Virus record (IMG/VR): IMGVR_UViG_3300037467_001806
Location: 1-64,000 of that record
Length of the DNA stretch: 64,000 nt
Strand: one strand, 5' to 3'
Source of the DNA: a virus
Position numbers and translations under genes: made by a program. Positions 25,603-34,399 of this stretch are shown in pieces. The notes below the pieces were generated by a model. That model saw only the letters and a program-made list of their open reading frames with translations, did not search any database and was not told the DNA's origin. Every line of letters starts with the position of its first letter. Within the stretch, counting starts at the first letter, position 1.

Positions 25603-26207
25603 GCTTTTTTCTTCGCCAGCAGGAACTCCCTGAATTTCTGCAGCTTCTCCTGGTCCTGCCTGTGCGCGTCGCGCTGGGCCGTGACTTCTGCCTTGATGCT
25701 GTCAATCTGAGCAAGCATGTCTTCCATTTCTTTAGCCAGGGTCCGCACGTAGGACTGCAACTTGTCCAGCTTGACCATGGTTTCGAACGACGGATCGGGA
25801 GGAAGCGCAGCGCGCTCGTCGCCCTTCACCGCGGGCTCCACCACCTTCAGATCAGCAAACGATTTGACAGGCTTGTTTTCCGGCAGGGCCACGACGACCG
25901 GCTTTGGCGCGGGTTCTGGTGCATGCATCTGCACGAAAATATCTGTGGCATCCAGCTCCGGTTCGCGGATCGGCACCTTGGCGTAGACGGCATGCTCTAC
26001 TTCTTTCACAAGGCCTGCTTCCGTGAGCGCCTTGAGGCATCCGTGCACCACGCGAAAGGCCATGGATACGCCCTTGTTCTCTAGTTCGGAAACGACGACA
26101 TGCACCGGCATTGAAGCGTCGTCGCCGCGCATGGCAGAGTAAACCTTCTTGGCTGATACGGTCTGTTCGTCGTATAGCTTTTCAAATTTCTTTTGTGTGA
26201 GAGCCAT
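25599..26207 (-). CDS. putative winged-helix DNA-binding protein with C-terminal coiled coil
   Basis: The N-terminal 90 aa look wHTH-like (VVSELENKGVSMAFRVVHGCLKALTEAGLVKEV). The C-terminus is heptad-like. Confidence 0.5.
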   Translation of the reverse strand: MALTQKKFEKLYDEQTVSAKKVYSAMRGDDASMPVHVVVSELENKGVSMAFRVVHGCLKALTEAGLVKEVEHAVYAKVPIREPELDATDIFVQMHAPEPAPKPVVVALPENKPVKSFADLKVVEPAVKGDERAALPPDPSFETMVKLDKLQSYVRTLAKEMEDMLAQIDSIKAEVTAQRDAHRQDQEKLQKFREFLLAKKKA

Positions 26208-26209
26208 GA

Positions 26210-26407
26210 TTACGGTTGAGTAAGTTCAACAAATTCTAAATAACCGTTCTTGTATCGACCTTGCTTCTTGGTCGTCGACACCGGGTCAACCAGCACTGTC
26301 ATTTCAGTAGCGTCCAGCACCTTTACCATCACCAGCTCGTTCTCTGCTGGGTAGCGTACATACCACCACTGGCCCTTTTCAATTGCTTCACCTGAGTCCG
26401 TTTGCAT
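26210..26407 (-). CDS. hypothetical small protein
   Basis: First ATG of track ORF 26210..26425, whose own start is TTG. Confidence 0.5.
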   Translation of the reverse strand: MQTDSGEAIEKGQWWYVRYPAENELVMVKVLDATEMTVLVDPVSTTKKQGRYKNGYLEFVELTQP

Positions 26408-26645
26408 AATCGACCGAATAAACAAGTACTGTTATCGAGCCGTCGCCGCCTTCGTACGGCCACTCTATAGGTGCTATATGACCCACGCCATCTATAGCCG
26501 CCCTGCCGTCCTGGTCCCTAGCCGCCAGCAAAATGCGCGCCTTGTTCTGCACCGGCTCGTAATACCATTCCAGCGGGCGACGTTTAGAACAGCCGGACGC
26601 GCCCACCACCGCTACATAAATCTGTTCGTCATTTTGCTGCGCCAT
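26388..26645 (-). CDS. small protein, paralogue family member
   Basis: ATG at 26645 (MAQQNDEQIYVAVVG..). Core ARILLAARDQDGRAAIDGVGHI. Confidence 0.6.
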   Translation of the reverse strand: MAQQNDEQIYVAVVGASGCSKRRPLEWYYEPVQNKARILLAARDQDGRAAIDGVGHIAPIEWPYEGGDGSITVLVYSVDYANGLR

Positions 26646-28605
26646 ATGTATCTCCAATACCAGCTTCAGCCGCCAGCGGCAGATCAGGCCACCACGACGG
26701 CGACGTTGAGAACACACGCACCGAGTCTTCCCTGCACTGCTCGGCCATGTCTTCGTCCACCACCAAGTCGGCCTCGTCATGACAGCTCAATGCTACGGCG
26801 CCAGGGTACATCTTGTCAAGGACAAGCGTCTGCTCCATGACGATGTTACGCGCCAAATGCTGGCAAATATTTTCGAACAGGTGCGCGCCGTGGATACGCG
26901 ACTTGTTCTGGCCCTGGCCGTATTCCCACTGCGTGTAGCCGGTGTTGGGGTCGATGAAGCTGTGCAGGTCCGGGTATTGCAGCCAGTGATTATTCGGCGT
27001 GATGAGCTGTTCAAGTGCGGTAAACAGATCGAGTTCGCTGAAAATGTAGGTGTCGGCCGTGCCCATGGCTTCGATGGCGCGATCGCACTGCTTCCAGATG
27101 CCTTCTTTGCCAGCGATGCGATGGAACCTAGTGCGCCAGATTTTAACGATGCGTTTGCACTCGTCTTCCGACAGGTCGGTCTTGCCGCCGGATAGAACAC
27201 GCGCCATATTCTGGAAGGACTTCCACGACGCGCCATACTGCAGGGACAGCATGGCCACCTTGCCGATGAAGCGCTCGTCTTCGTCAGCCTTGGTAATGGT
27301 GCGGCCGAACAGATCGGAGGCAAACCAGCAGTACAGGTCTTCCCTGTTGCGCAGCTTCTCGATGGTGTCCAACTCCCCCGCCAGCTTGTGTGCCACGCGC
27401 AGCTCGATGTTGGACGAGTCCACCACCACGATCTTCTTGCCTTTGGGCGCCTTGAGCGCCAGTCGCAGGCTGTTGTGCGGCTTGTCGGTGGGTTGGCCGG
27501 CCAGAGCGTGACCTTTGGGGTGGCGTGCCACACGCGGCATATTCTGCACGTTCATCTTCATGCCGCCCGACATGCGCCACGAGATAGCTGCGCCGCAGTA
27601 GTTGACCGGCATGGGTAGCTTGCCACCGCGGGCCTGGGCCACATTGATATAGGTTTGCAGGCGGGTCTCAAGCTGCGTGGACTTGGTTTCCAGCCGCACG
27701 GCCGCGGCCAGCGCAACGGTTTCATCTTCGTGCTCAAGCAGCGCTTCCATGCCCTTGTCGGTTTTGGCCAGGGCCGGGATCATGGTGTTGGGGCTGGTCT
27801 TGGAGGGCTTCATAGGCACATCCGCGCCCAAGGCTTGCAGCAACGTAGAGAACTTCATCTGCGACATGACCACGCTGCGCACCGCTTCTTCAGGCGTAGC
27901 GCTGGTGGTAGTGTCCACCAGCCCGCGCTCCTTGGAAACACCATAAAGCTCCAATAGCCGCTGCCTCTTCTCAGCCTGTACCCGCGTCAGGGTGGATCGA
28001 AGCAAGTCAACGTCAGCCTCGAACTTCTCTTCCACCGTCATGCGGGTGGCCAAGTCGATCAGCTTGAGTTCTTTCACCGACAAGCGCGGTGCCAGCGCGT
28101 AGAAGATGCCAGCGCAAAGCTCCGTGTCCTGTCGGTTGTACTCACGCATGGCAGCAATCTGCTCAGATGTGAAGTCGTTGAGCCTCTTGCCCTTGGTGTT
28201 GATCGTTTCAAGGTCGCCCTTCATGCCAAGGCCCAGGGCCGCCGACACCTTCTTCAGCGAGCCCCCCACCGACACGCCGTAGAACGGTCGGCTCATGGCC
28301 AGCGTGCAGCCCCACGCCTTGGGTTTGATACCGAAGCGCCATGCACTAATCAAGTGGTCGAATCCCGAACCGTTGTGCGCCACGATCATGGCGTCATCGA
28401 AGTCACCGTTGCGCTGGTGCTTTTCGAGCAGGGCGCGTATGCGGCCTTCGCCGAAGAACACATCGGTCGGGTATTTGTTCCACTTGATCGCTATCGACTG
28501 AATCTCCGTATCAGGATGCATCACGTAGGTGATGGGGTTCATCTTGGTCAGAGTATGGTCGACGCTCCAATACGTTTCATAGTCAATGAATACGACGTTT
28601 TTCAT
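26629..28605 (-). CDS. family A DNA polymerase with 3'-5' exonuclease domain
   Basis: Exo I FIDYETYW, Exo II AHNGSGFDHL; pol motif A VVVDSSNIELRV, motif B RFIGKVAMLSLQYGAS, motif C LSCHDEADLVV. Confidence 0.9.
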   Translation of the reverse strand: MKNVVFIDYETYWSVDHTLTKMNPITYVMHPDTEIQSIAIKWNKYPTDVFFGEGRIRALLEKHQRNGDFDDAMIVAHNGSGFDHLISAWRFGIKPKAWGCTLAMSRPFYGVSVGGSLKKVSAALGLGMKGDLETINTKGKRLNDFTSEQIAAMREYNRQDTELCAGIFYALAPRLSVKELKLIDLATRMTVEEKFEADVDLLRSTLTRVQAEKRQRLLELYGVSKERGLVDTTTSATPEEAVRSVVMSQMKFSTLLQALGADVPMKPSKTSPNTMIPALAKTDKGMEALLEHEDETVALAAAVRLETKSTQLETRLQTYINVAQARGGKLPMPVNYCGAAISWRMSGGMKMNVQNMPRVARHPKGHALAGQPTDKPHNSLRLALKAPKGKKIVVVDSSNIELRVAHKLAGELDTIEKLRNREDLYCWFASDLFGRTITKADEDERFIGKVAMLSLQYGASWKSFQNMARVLSGGKTDLSEDECKRIVKIWRTRFHRIAGKEGIWKQCDRAIEAMGTADTYIFSELDLFTALEQLITPNNHWLQYPDLHSFIDPNTGYTQWEYGQGQNKSRIHGAHLFENICQHLARNIVMEQTLVLDKMYPGAVALSCHDEADLVVDEDMAEQCREDSVRVFSTSPSWWPDLPLAAEAGIGDTYGAAK

Positions 28606-29102
28606 ATGTTTGGATTGTTGTGGGCGTGGCGGTTGAGATAGTCTTCGTAAGTGGTTGCCGCTAGGCTGCTGAACTTCTGGCCCTGAGCGGCTTGCATCGC
28701 TTGATTCTGCGCTGCCTGATTCATAGCGGCCTTAGCTGACTGCGACGCCGTGGTCGTACCGGCTCGCTTGACGGCGACATCTTTATTCAACATTTCTGCA
28801 TAGTCGCTATCTGACACAGCCATTTGTTGAACCAGCTTGGCATCACGCAAGCGCTTGGACGCGTCATACGCTGCACGACCCAGGATGCGGCGCACTTCCA
28901 AGGACTGGGTCTGCGACCATTGATCCAGCGCGCTCGTGCGACGATCATTGCGCCGCGTGTAATCATCCAGCGGATCGACTTCCGTCTCGGCCAAGAACTT
29001 CAAGGCCAGTTGCAGGTGTACCGGATAGTCCTTCTCACGCATGGGTGCGAAAGTCATCTTCAGCCAAAGGGCCAAGCTCTTTAATTTGTTTGCCAGCTTC
29101 AT
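28602..29102 (-). CDS. hypothetical protein (start uncertain: 29102, 29057 or 29042)
   Basis: The ORF continues past the VRR-NUC stop. An ATG at 29042 would give an 8-nt overlap. Confidence 0.5.
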   Translation of the reverse strand: MKLANKLKSLALWLKMTFAPMREKDYPVHLQLALKFLAETEVDPLDDYTRRNDRRTSALDQWSQTQSLEVRRILGRAAYDASKRLRDAKLVQQMAVSDSDYAEMLNKDVAVKRAGTTTASQSAKAAMNQAAQNQAMQAAQGQKFSSLAATTYEDYLNRHAHNNPNI

Positions 29103-29406
29103 GTATGGATACTCCAAGGAAGGAACAAAATTTACCAAGGCCGTATGCACGGTTGTCTTGGATACGCACTACAAACGAAAACCCACCAGCCGCTTCGATA
29201 CGTCGCAGGTGGTCCTTCTGTAACTCAGTCAGACCTGTGCCCGCTTTGACTTCGCAGCCGAACATGCGGCCGTTGGCTACACCCATGCGGTCGGGGGCGC
29301 CCGACTTACCAAACCCCGCCGTGGTAGGTGTGATGTAGTAGCAGCCCGCGGCTTTCAAGCACTTGTCTACCTTTGCTTTCGCCTTGGCTTCAGGTGTCGC
29401 TGCCAT
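29035..29406 (-). CDS. VRR-NUC domain nuclease
   Basis: GAPDRMGVANGRMFGCEVKAGTGLTELQKDHLRRIEAAGGFSFVV matches the PD..(D/E)xK VRR-NUC pattern. Confidence 0.8.
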   Translation of the reverse strand: MAATPEAKAKAKVDKCLKAAGCYYITPTTAGFGKSGAPDRMGVANGRMFGCEVKAGTGLTELQKDHLRRIEAAGGFSFVVRIQDNRAYGLGKFCSFLGVSIHEAGKQIKELGPLAEDDFRTHA

Positions 29407-30052
29407 CCCCGCCTCCCTCGCGCAAGGCGCGCAATCCAGATATGACGCTTTCGTAGTATTCGCGCTGTTTTTCGGCTAGTGATGGGCAGTCGTTTTTCGC
29501 CTCGTTCAAAGCCTCAAGTGCGCGGCTAATTGCCGCAATCTGTTCCTCCGTCAGCACCGGGCGGGGTGCGGAGCGGGCGGCTTGCATGCACGGCTCGCAA
29601 ATCACGACGCCGGGTAGCTCCATGTGCCTGATGCCGATTTTTCGGTCTTTGGTCGATTGCCCGCAGCAGAGGCAAGACGGCGGCAGCATCGGGCCAAGCG
29701 CATGCTTGCCGTAGAACTCGATCAGGTGCGGGAAGTCGTGTTTCATTCGCTCGATTCTGGCTTGCTCCCCCTGTTGCGCTGCGTGAGCGGCGGCTGTGGC
29801 CTTGGCGGCGGCTGTGGCGTCCGGCTTGACGGCTCCATATCCAGCGCTGAAGGGCGCTGGCTGGGCTTGGGATGCGGCAGCGGTGGCGCGACGGTTCCAC
29901 ATTTCGATGGACGCTTCCCACGTGGATGCGTAAGCGACTTCTATAAAGCAGCCATCGCATTTCACGTAGAAAGGCTTGCCGTCATCGGTGCAGCGCTCAT
30001 GCACTTGCGCGCGGCCATCGCAAAACGGGCAGTTCAACAGTTCGGCGCTCAT
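29390..30052 (-). CDS. Lar-like (restriction alleviation) zinc-ribbon domain fused to a C-terminal extension
   Basis: The N-terminal LLNCPFCDGRAQV..YVKCDGCFIEVAY..EASIEMWNRR is the Lar family pattern. It is followed by an Ala-rich linker and a second Cys cluster, CLCCGQ..ICEPC. Confidence 0.65.
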   Translation of the reverse strand: MSAELLNCPFCDGRAQVHERCTDDGKPFYVKCDGCFIEVAYASTWEASIEMWNRRATAAASQAQPAPFSAGYGAVKPDATAAAKATAAAHAAQQGEQARIERMKHDFPHLIEFYGKHALGPMLPPSCLCCGQSTKDRKIGIRHMELPGVVICEPCMQAARSAPRPVLTEEQIAAISRALEALNEAKNDCPSLAEKQREYYESVISGLRALREGGGDGSDT

Positions 30053-30369
30053 GCTTTTTCCTTCACCAGTTCATCAACTTTCTGCCGTAGTTTGGAGAGT
30101 CGAACAGCGCAATGGTGCTGCCGCAGGTAGTGGGCCAGCGCCCAACCTTGCTGTGTCAGTGTGACCCAGTGAGTTCGGGTGCCGGCTTCTTTCAGGAGGG
30201 AAGCCGGAATACGCCCGTGGTCTAGATAGCCGCCTGCTTTCAAGCTCTTGAGCGCCTGATGGTCGGCCGCATTCATGCGAATGCCTTCCATCAGCCCGGA
30301 ATGGTCAACCGCGCAGGTTTCGGCATAAAGGAGCAGGCTGCGCTCGTCTCGGGATAGGTTGTCGCTCAT
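30049..30369 (-). CDS. hypothetical protein, wHTH-like
   Basis: SD GGAGG; ATGA coupling on both sides. Confidence 0.6.
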   Translation of the reverse strand: MSDNLSRDERSLLLYAETCAVDHSGLMEGIRMNAADHQALKSLKAGGYLDHGRIPASLLKEAGTRTHWVTLTQQGWALAHYLRQHHCAVRLSKLRQKVDELVKEKA

Positions 30370-30878
30370 TTCCCTGCCTCCTTGGTGGCGATGGCGGCGT
30401 CATCTGGTTTGATATGGGATGCCACCCACTGCCGCACCGTCTGCCACCGCTCGAATTCAACAGTTTCATTCGGGACTCTGACAGTGGGGAAGCGGCTTTG
30501 CCAAGGCTGGAGCGGGCCATAAACCTCAACCTTCTCCCAGCGGTACTCGCTTACGTGGTCGTCGTTGACATACATGATTTCGCGCGCCATTTGCTCGGCA
30601 ATGCCGAACTTCGGCCCCAGCGATTCAGTGTCGTAGCTGTCGATGACTGCCAAGTTCATACCGCGCGCATGGCCGACAACGCCAAGTGCGCAGTACGATC
30701 CGTCTGCTTCCAGTTCGCCCGCCACCAAGCGCTTATCTGGCATGGCATCGAGCGCGGCTAGCAGTTCGCGCAACAGTGCTTGGCCGCGCCTGCCCCTTAT
30801 TGCCGACATGACCTGCGCGCGATACCGGCCCAGCCCAAGCACGTCATCGCAATCGTCGCTGTATCCGCTGCGGCTCAT
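30366..30878 (-). CDS. hypothetical protein
   Basis: SD GGAGAG. 170 aa with GSYCALGVVGHARG; no family I can name. Confidence 0.65.
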   Translation of the reverse strand: MSRSGYSDDCDDVLGLGRYRAQVMSAIRGRRGQALLRELLAALDAMPDKRLVAGELEADGSYCALGVVGHARGMNLAVIDSYDTESLGPKFGIAEQMAREIMYVNDDHVSEYRWEKVEVYGPLQPWQSRFPTVRVPNETVEFERWQTVRQWVASHIKPDDAAIATKEAGK

Positions 30879-31174
30879 GCCTGCTCTCCTTTCGCATCCT
30901 GCCCGCTCGGCTTGCCTGCGCTGGCGAGAGCGGCAGCAGCGCGAGCATCGCCGTAGGCGCGGAGTTGGTCGGCGGTGTAATACTCAAGTGACTGGGCCAG
31001 CCATGCGATCTTAGGCTCCGGCATCGGCACATCGCCATCCTGCGCGGGCGGCTGGGCGGCAAGGGCGTCGTATGCCTTGACGAACAACTGTAGCCAACGC
31101 TCCGGCATCCACTGCCCATAATTTGCATTGGCTTGCTGGGCGGCTTGATTGGCGATTTTCCAGTCAATTTTCAT
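30875..31174 (-). CDS. hypothetical protein
   Basis: SD GGAGG; ATGA coupling. Confidence 0.6.
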   Translation of the reverse strand: MKIDWKIANQAAQQANANYGQWMPERWLQLFVKAYDALAAQPPAQDGDVPMPEPKIAWLAQSLEYYTADQLRAYGDARAAAALASAGKPSGQDAKGEQA

Positions 31175-31451
31175 TTTGAGCCTCCACGAAAGCCCGCGCC
31201 ATGCGAACCGCTATGTCGTTTAGGATTGGCGTCCCGTCCATACGCTTCCACCACTTTGACTGTTCGACTCTGTATTGCTCGAACACCTGTGTTGCGACTG
31301 CGAGCGCGGAAGTGAAATCGAGTCTCGCTGCTGGTGCTGCCGCGCTGTCGCCCTCCTGGGGCGCGCTAGCTGAACAAATATGGGAGCCTGATGCGCCGCA
31401 CACTGGGCACGGAGAGTTGGCCATGTCAGGTGTTACGAGTATGTGATTCAT
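31164..31451 (-). CDS. hypothetical protein with CPVCG motif
   Basis: ATG after GGACGATAAAG; 95 aa. Confidence 0.6.
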   Translation of the reverse strand: MNHILVTPDMANSPCPVCGASGSHICSASAPQEGDSAAAPAARLDFTSALAVATQVFEQYRVEQSKWWKRMDGTPILNDIAVRMARAFVEAQNEN

Positions 31452-31644
31452 CTTTATCGTCCTTGTGCCTATGTTCGTGAACTAACAAGTACACCAGCGC
31501 CGGCAGGAACATCACCAGCATCATCAACCCCCACAATGCGGCGATCTGCATGATCGTCAGCGTGCCGTCTGCAAAGAACAGACACCACCCTTCGAAAATC
31601 ATGAAAATCCACAGCACCCAAAAAACGAAAAACCTGTTGCTCAT
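31426..31644 (-). CDS. two-TM small membrane protein
   Basis: FFVFWVLWIFMIFEGWCLFF and IAALWGLMMLVMFLPALVYLLV. SD GGTAGGAG. Confidence 0.6.
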   Translation of the reverse strand: MSNRFFVFWVLWIFMIFEGWCLFFADGTLTIMQIAALWGLMMLVMFLPALVYLLVHEHRHKDDKDESHTRNT

Positions 31645-31668
31645 GATGTGCTCCTACCTTCCATTGGA

Positions 31669-31686
31669 ATTCTCACTTCAAAGTTA
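31669..31686 (-). repeat. conserved leader element copy L3
   Basis: Minus strand reads CTAACTTTGAAGTGAGAA, followed by a 7-codon mini-ORF whose TGA overlaps the ATG of the next gene. Confidence 0.6.
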
Positions 31687-31690
31687 GTAA

Positions 31691-31984
31691 TTATTCGCCC
31701 AGGAGTTGGGCCATGCTGAACTCGATGCCGCTCTTGTACAAAGCCCGCGGGCGAAACTCAACGGCACGGTAGCGGGCAGGAGATTCGTCGTTGGCGTTGG
31801 CTCGTTCGATACGAGGTTCACGGCGACATGCCATGGATTTCAGGCTACGGCGAACCGTAGCCACGTCCGTTTGCTTGCTGTAAAAATTCAAGCGCTCGGT
31901 GACTTCTTCAGGACTCATGTTGCGCGCTTCGCGCAATAGCAATCGGTGAATCTGCTCTTGCAGATCAACATTAATAGTTTGCAT
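31691..31984 (-). CDS. hypothetical protein, possible wHTH
   Basis: 97-aa ORF; overlaps the upstream gene by 14 nt. Confidence 0.6.
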   Translation of the reverse strand: MQTINVDLQEQIHRLLLREARNMSPEEVTERLNFYSKQTDVATVRRSLKSMACRREPRIERANANDESPARYRAVEFRPRALYKSGIEFSMAQLLGE

Positions 31985-32399
31985 CGCGTTTTTTATCTCT
32001 AGTCATTTCGACCCAATACATCTGCGCCAGGCACTCTATCGTATTCAGGGGCACAGGGTGCTCCATGTCCACGTAAGAAAAAGAAATAACACTGTCACCC
32101 GCTTTGTCGCCGTCGTTTTCCTCCACCCAAAAGGTGATGCCGTCACGCATGCGACGACCGACCCCTTGGATATATGTGCCAGGGTCGGTCGCGCGCAGGA
32201 TACGCAGCCTTTCGAGTATGTTTTGCGGTAGTTCTTCGTCGCGCTCGTACTGCGAAAGGCCGTTAGTGCCAGTGACAAAAAGACTGTCTGGATGTTGAGT
32301 GATGCGGATCATGGGGCTGTGTGAACCTGTCTGTTCGTACTTTATTTTTTCAAATACTGCTGTATGGATCGGGCTCCATGGCCATTTGAGGACTTTCAT
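31971..32399 (-). CDS. hypothetical protein
   Basis: SD GAGGTAGTATGA-ATG; 142 aa. Confidence 0.6.
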   Translation of the reverse strand: MKVLKWPWSPIHTAVFEKIKYEQTGSHSPMIRITQHPDSLFVTGTNGLSQYERDEELPQNILERLRILRATDPGTYIQGVGRRMRDGITFWVEENDGDKAGDSVISFSYVDMEHPVPLNTIECLAQMYWVEMTRDKKRDANY

Positions 32400-32431
32400 T
32401 CATACTACCTCATGATCTTGACCTTGACAAG

Positions 32432-32611
32432 CTACTTGTCTCGCCACGTGCTGGTAGCCATATATACATTGACCAGCCCGGCTACCAAACACGCGGCGAA
32501 CCACATCTTCAACAGCCAGTGGGAGTCGCCCCCGAGCAAGGCGACGGCCAGGCACACCGACACAAGAAGGTTAAATACGCCAACGAGAAATAACAGTGTT
32601 TTGTCGCCCAC
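32432..32611 (-). CDS. 59-aa two-TM membrane peptide (below track cutoff; GTG start)
   Basis: Hand translation gives MGDKTLLFLVGVFNLLVSVCLAVALLGGDSHWLLKMWFAACLVAGLVNVYMATSTWRDK. SD GTGGAG, 5 nt after the upstream TAA. Confidence 0.45.
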   Translation of the reverse strand: MGDKTLLFLVGVFNLLVSVCLAVALLGGDSHWLLKMWFAACLVAGLVNVYMATSTWRDK

Positions 32612-32616
32612 GATTT

Positions 32617-33525
32617 TTACTCCACTATGGATGACAAGTCCGGAGGCAGGCTTGCCAAAATATCAGACACCCGCGCCCGCACATCCTCGCGCACCTTCTC
32701 GTTCTTGCGCAGTTCCTGCGCTTCTACGCCGGCCAGGGCTGCAGCCAGATCGCGCCGCGCCGACTCCATCTTGGGGTCGCCCGTCACATTCAACGCGCGC
32801 AGCATGGAAAGAAGCTCGTGTGCGTTCTCCAGCATGCTGTCCCTGAAGACGTTGGGCTTGCCGTCGTCCTTATAATCGAGCCGTTCCTTCATGTGCGTCA
32901 AGCACTCGTGCAGGCGGCCCCACATGGCAGCCATCGCCTCGGCGATGCGTTCGTTCAGCGCGCGCCCATACTGCTCAGCTAACTCTTGCTTCAGCCTGTT
33001 CTCGGCGTCCACCCGAAAATCACCAGCAGTCGGCACAGGGCACACGCGCCACTGCACATCGAACTTGGCGCGCACATGTGCCGCATCCGGGTACTCGTTG
33101 CGGTCGAACAGATTGCCCAGCTTGAATGCCATGGCGCGTACCGCCGTGCTGTAGTCGGTCAAGAAGCTATCGACCGCCGCTTCAAATTCACCCTTCATGT
33201 CGTTCATGGCGTCGGTGAACTCCATAAACTGCGCGATGGGCAGCAGCCGCATATCGCCCATCCACGGCAGCGTGTGCGCGTTGACGTAGTTGCGGATACG
33301 GTTTCCCGCCTTGCCGATTTCGGCAAACTTCGGGTTATCCACGAACAGCTTCTTCGTCACATGTGCCGCATCGCGCGCCTTGGCGTTGTTCTCTGCCACC
33401 ACCTTGTCAGTGACATCCCTTGCCGTCTTGCGTCCAGCCCACATGGATATATTCAGGTCGATCAGTACGGCCGAAGCCACCAAGCCGCCGACTTGCGGTT
33501 CGATTTCGATGCGTGACATTTTCAT
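32617..33525 (-). CDS. conserved phage/plasmid-type protein of unknown function (resembles DUF3150-type proteins from memory)
   Basis: SD GAGGATGAA. LIDLNISMWAGRKTARDVTDKV.. N-terminal pattern; 302 aa. Confidence 0.6.
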   Translation of the reverse strand: MKMSRIEIEPQVGGLVASAVLIDLNISMWAGRKTARDVTDKVVAENNAKARDAAHVTKKLFVDNPKFAEIGKAGNRIRNYVNAHTLPWMGDMRLLPIAQFMEFTDAMNDMKGEFEAAVDSFLTDYSTAVRAMAFKLGNLFDRNEYPDAAHVRAKFDVQWRVCPVPTAGDFRVDAENRLKQELAEQYGRALNERIAEAMAAMWGRLHECLTHMKERLDYKDDGKPNVFRDSMLENAHELLSMLRALNVTGDPKMESARRDLAAALAGVEAQELRKNEKVREDVRARVSDILASLPPDLSSIVE

Positions 33526-33722
33526 TTCATCCTCGTTTGGTTGTTGTTACCGTTAAAATCGTCAGCGTAAAATATATGCCGCTTCGGGTTGGCGCTACAT
33601 TCGAAGCGAGAAATATCAGCGTCGAACACTTCACTATCCTCGCCAACGAACAATTCACCATCGTTGCCAGTGACACGCTTGGCGGCTGCACTGCCGCAGT
33701 ACGGGCATCTGAGTTGAGTCAT
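33522..33722 (-). CDS. small zinc-ribbon protein
   Basis: CPYCGS near the N-terminus and a single later Cys (FECSAN). The leader AGTGAGGGTGAA-ATG is a degenerate copy of the element. Confidence 0.6.
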   Translation of the reverse strand: MTQLRCPYCGSAAAKRVTGNDGELFVGEDSEVFDADISRFECSANPKRHIFYADDFNGNNNQTRMK

Positions 33723-33748
33723 TTCACCCTCACTATAAAAGCAAACGC

Positions 33749-33904
33749 TCAGTTCACCTTACCCTTCAGGTAAGCCAAGCACAGCCGGTAAATCACTTGC
33801 GGCAAGGTCAGCTTCACACCCACCTCGGCGTTCATCAACTCCCGCACTTGTCGCAGCAGCTCAGCATTCTCTGGTGACAGCGCTACGCGCGTTTCGAAGT
33901 TCAT
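33749..33904 (-). CDS. ribbon-helix-helix (Arc/CopG-like) small DNA-binding protein
   Basis: Internal ATG with ATGA coupling. MNFETRVALSPENAELLRQVRELMNAEVGVKLTLPQVIYRLCLAYL fits a beta-alpha-alpha pattern. Confidence 0.55.
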   Translation of the reverse strand: MNFETRVALSPENAELLRQVRELMNAEVGVKLTLPQVIYRLCLAYLKGKVN

Positions 33905-34134
33905 TCCCTGTCCCCCGCGTAGTAAGTAATACCGAGAGCGTATTCGGTTGCGGTACCAAAGCCAGGAATGGTGCATGACAAGCCCCTGTCGTGGTTGGTC
34001 AACACTACATCCATGATCGCAACGAACTCCTGCTCCACAGAGTTCCAATGGTCTTCCGCAATGCAGTAGTCCCAAAGGTTGGTGCTTGGGTTGTAATAGC
34101 GCAGCTCCCGAAATTTAACCAGTTCCCTAGCCAT
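33901..34134 (-). CDS. small protein, divergent paralogue family member
   Basis: True ATG at 34134; the track start is the GTG inside the leader element. Core VAIMDVVLTNHDRGLSCTIPGFG. Confidence 0.55.
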   Translation of the reverse strand: MARELVKFRELRYYNPSTNLWDYCIAEDHWNSVEQEFVAIMDVVLTNHDRGLSCTIPGFGTATEYALGITYYAGDRE

Positions 34135-34139
34135 AGCAA

Positions 34140-34157
34140 TCCTCACTTCAAAGTTAG
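34140..34157 (-). repeat. conserved leader element copy L4
   Basis: Minus strand reads CTAACTTTGAAGTGAGGA (identical to L2), followed by TTGCT-ATG. Confidence 0.7.
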
Positions 34158-34159
34158 AT

Positions 34160-34399
34160 TTACTCGCGCACCCAAAACTTGAGCCAATACGCCGGCGCTT
34201 CGTTTGGGCCTTGTGATAGGCGGCTGCCTACACCATCAATAGTGACGGCACCATCGCCGCTGTAGGCTGCGTCGAGCATGGCGATCTTGGTCTTGTTCCC
34301 TTCGCTAAGCGCTATACAACGCCACGTGTCGATAGCATTGGGCTCGTAAAACTTTCCGTCAGCGCCTTTAACGATCAACTTATATACCGCTCTACCCAT
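34160..34399 (-). CDS. small protein, paralogue family member
   Basis: ATG at 34399 (ATGGGTAG overlap). Core KIAMLDAAYSGDGAVTIDGVGS. Confidence 0.6.
   Translation of the reverse strand: MGRAVYKLIVKGADGKFYEPNAIDTWRCIALSEGNKTKIAMLDAAYSGDGAVTIDGVGSRLSQGPNEAPAYWLKFWVRE

Noticed and set aside
32399-32440. Promoter TTGTCA-17-TAGTAT directly abutting the ATG at 32399
   Set aside because: The -10 ends only 2 nt before the start codon, so the geometry suits neither a leadered nor a typical leaderless mRNA. It is probably a chance match.
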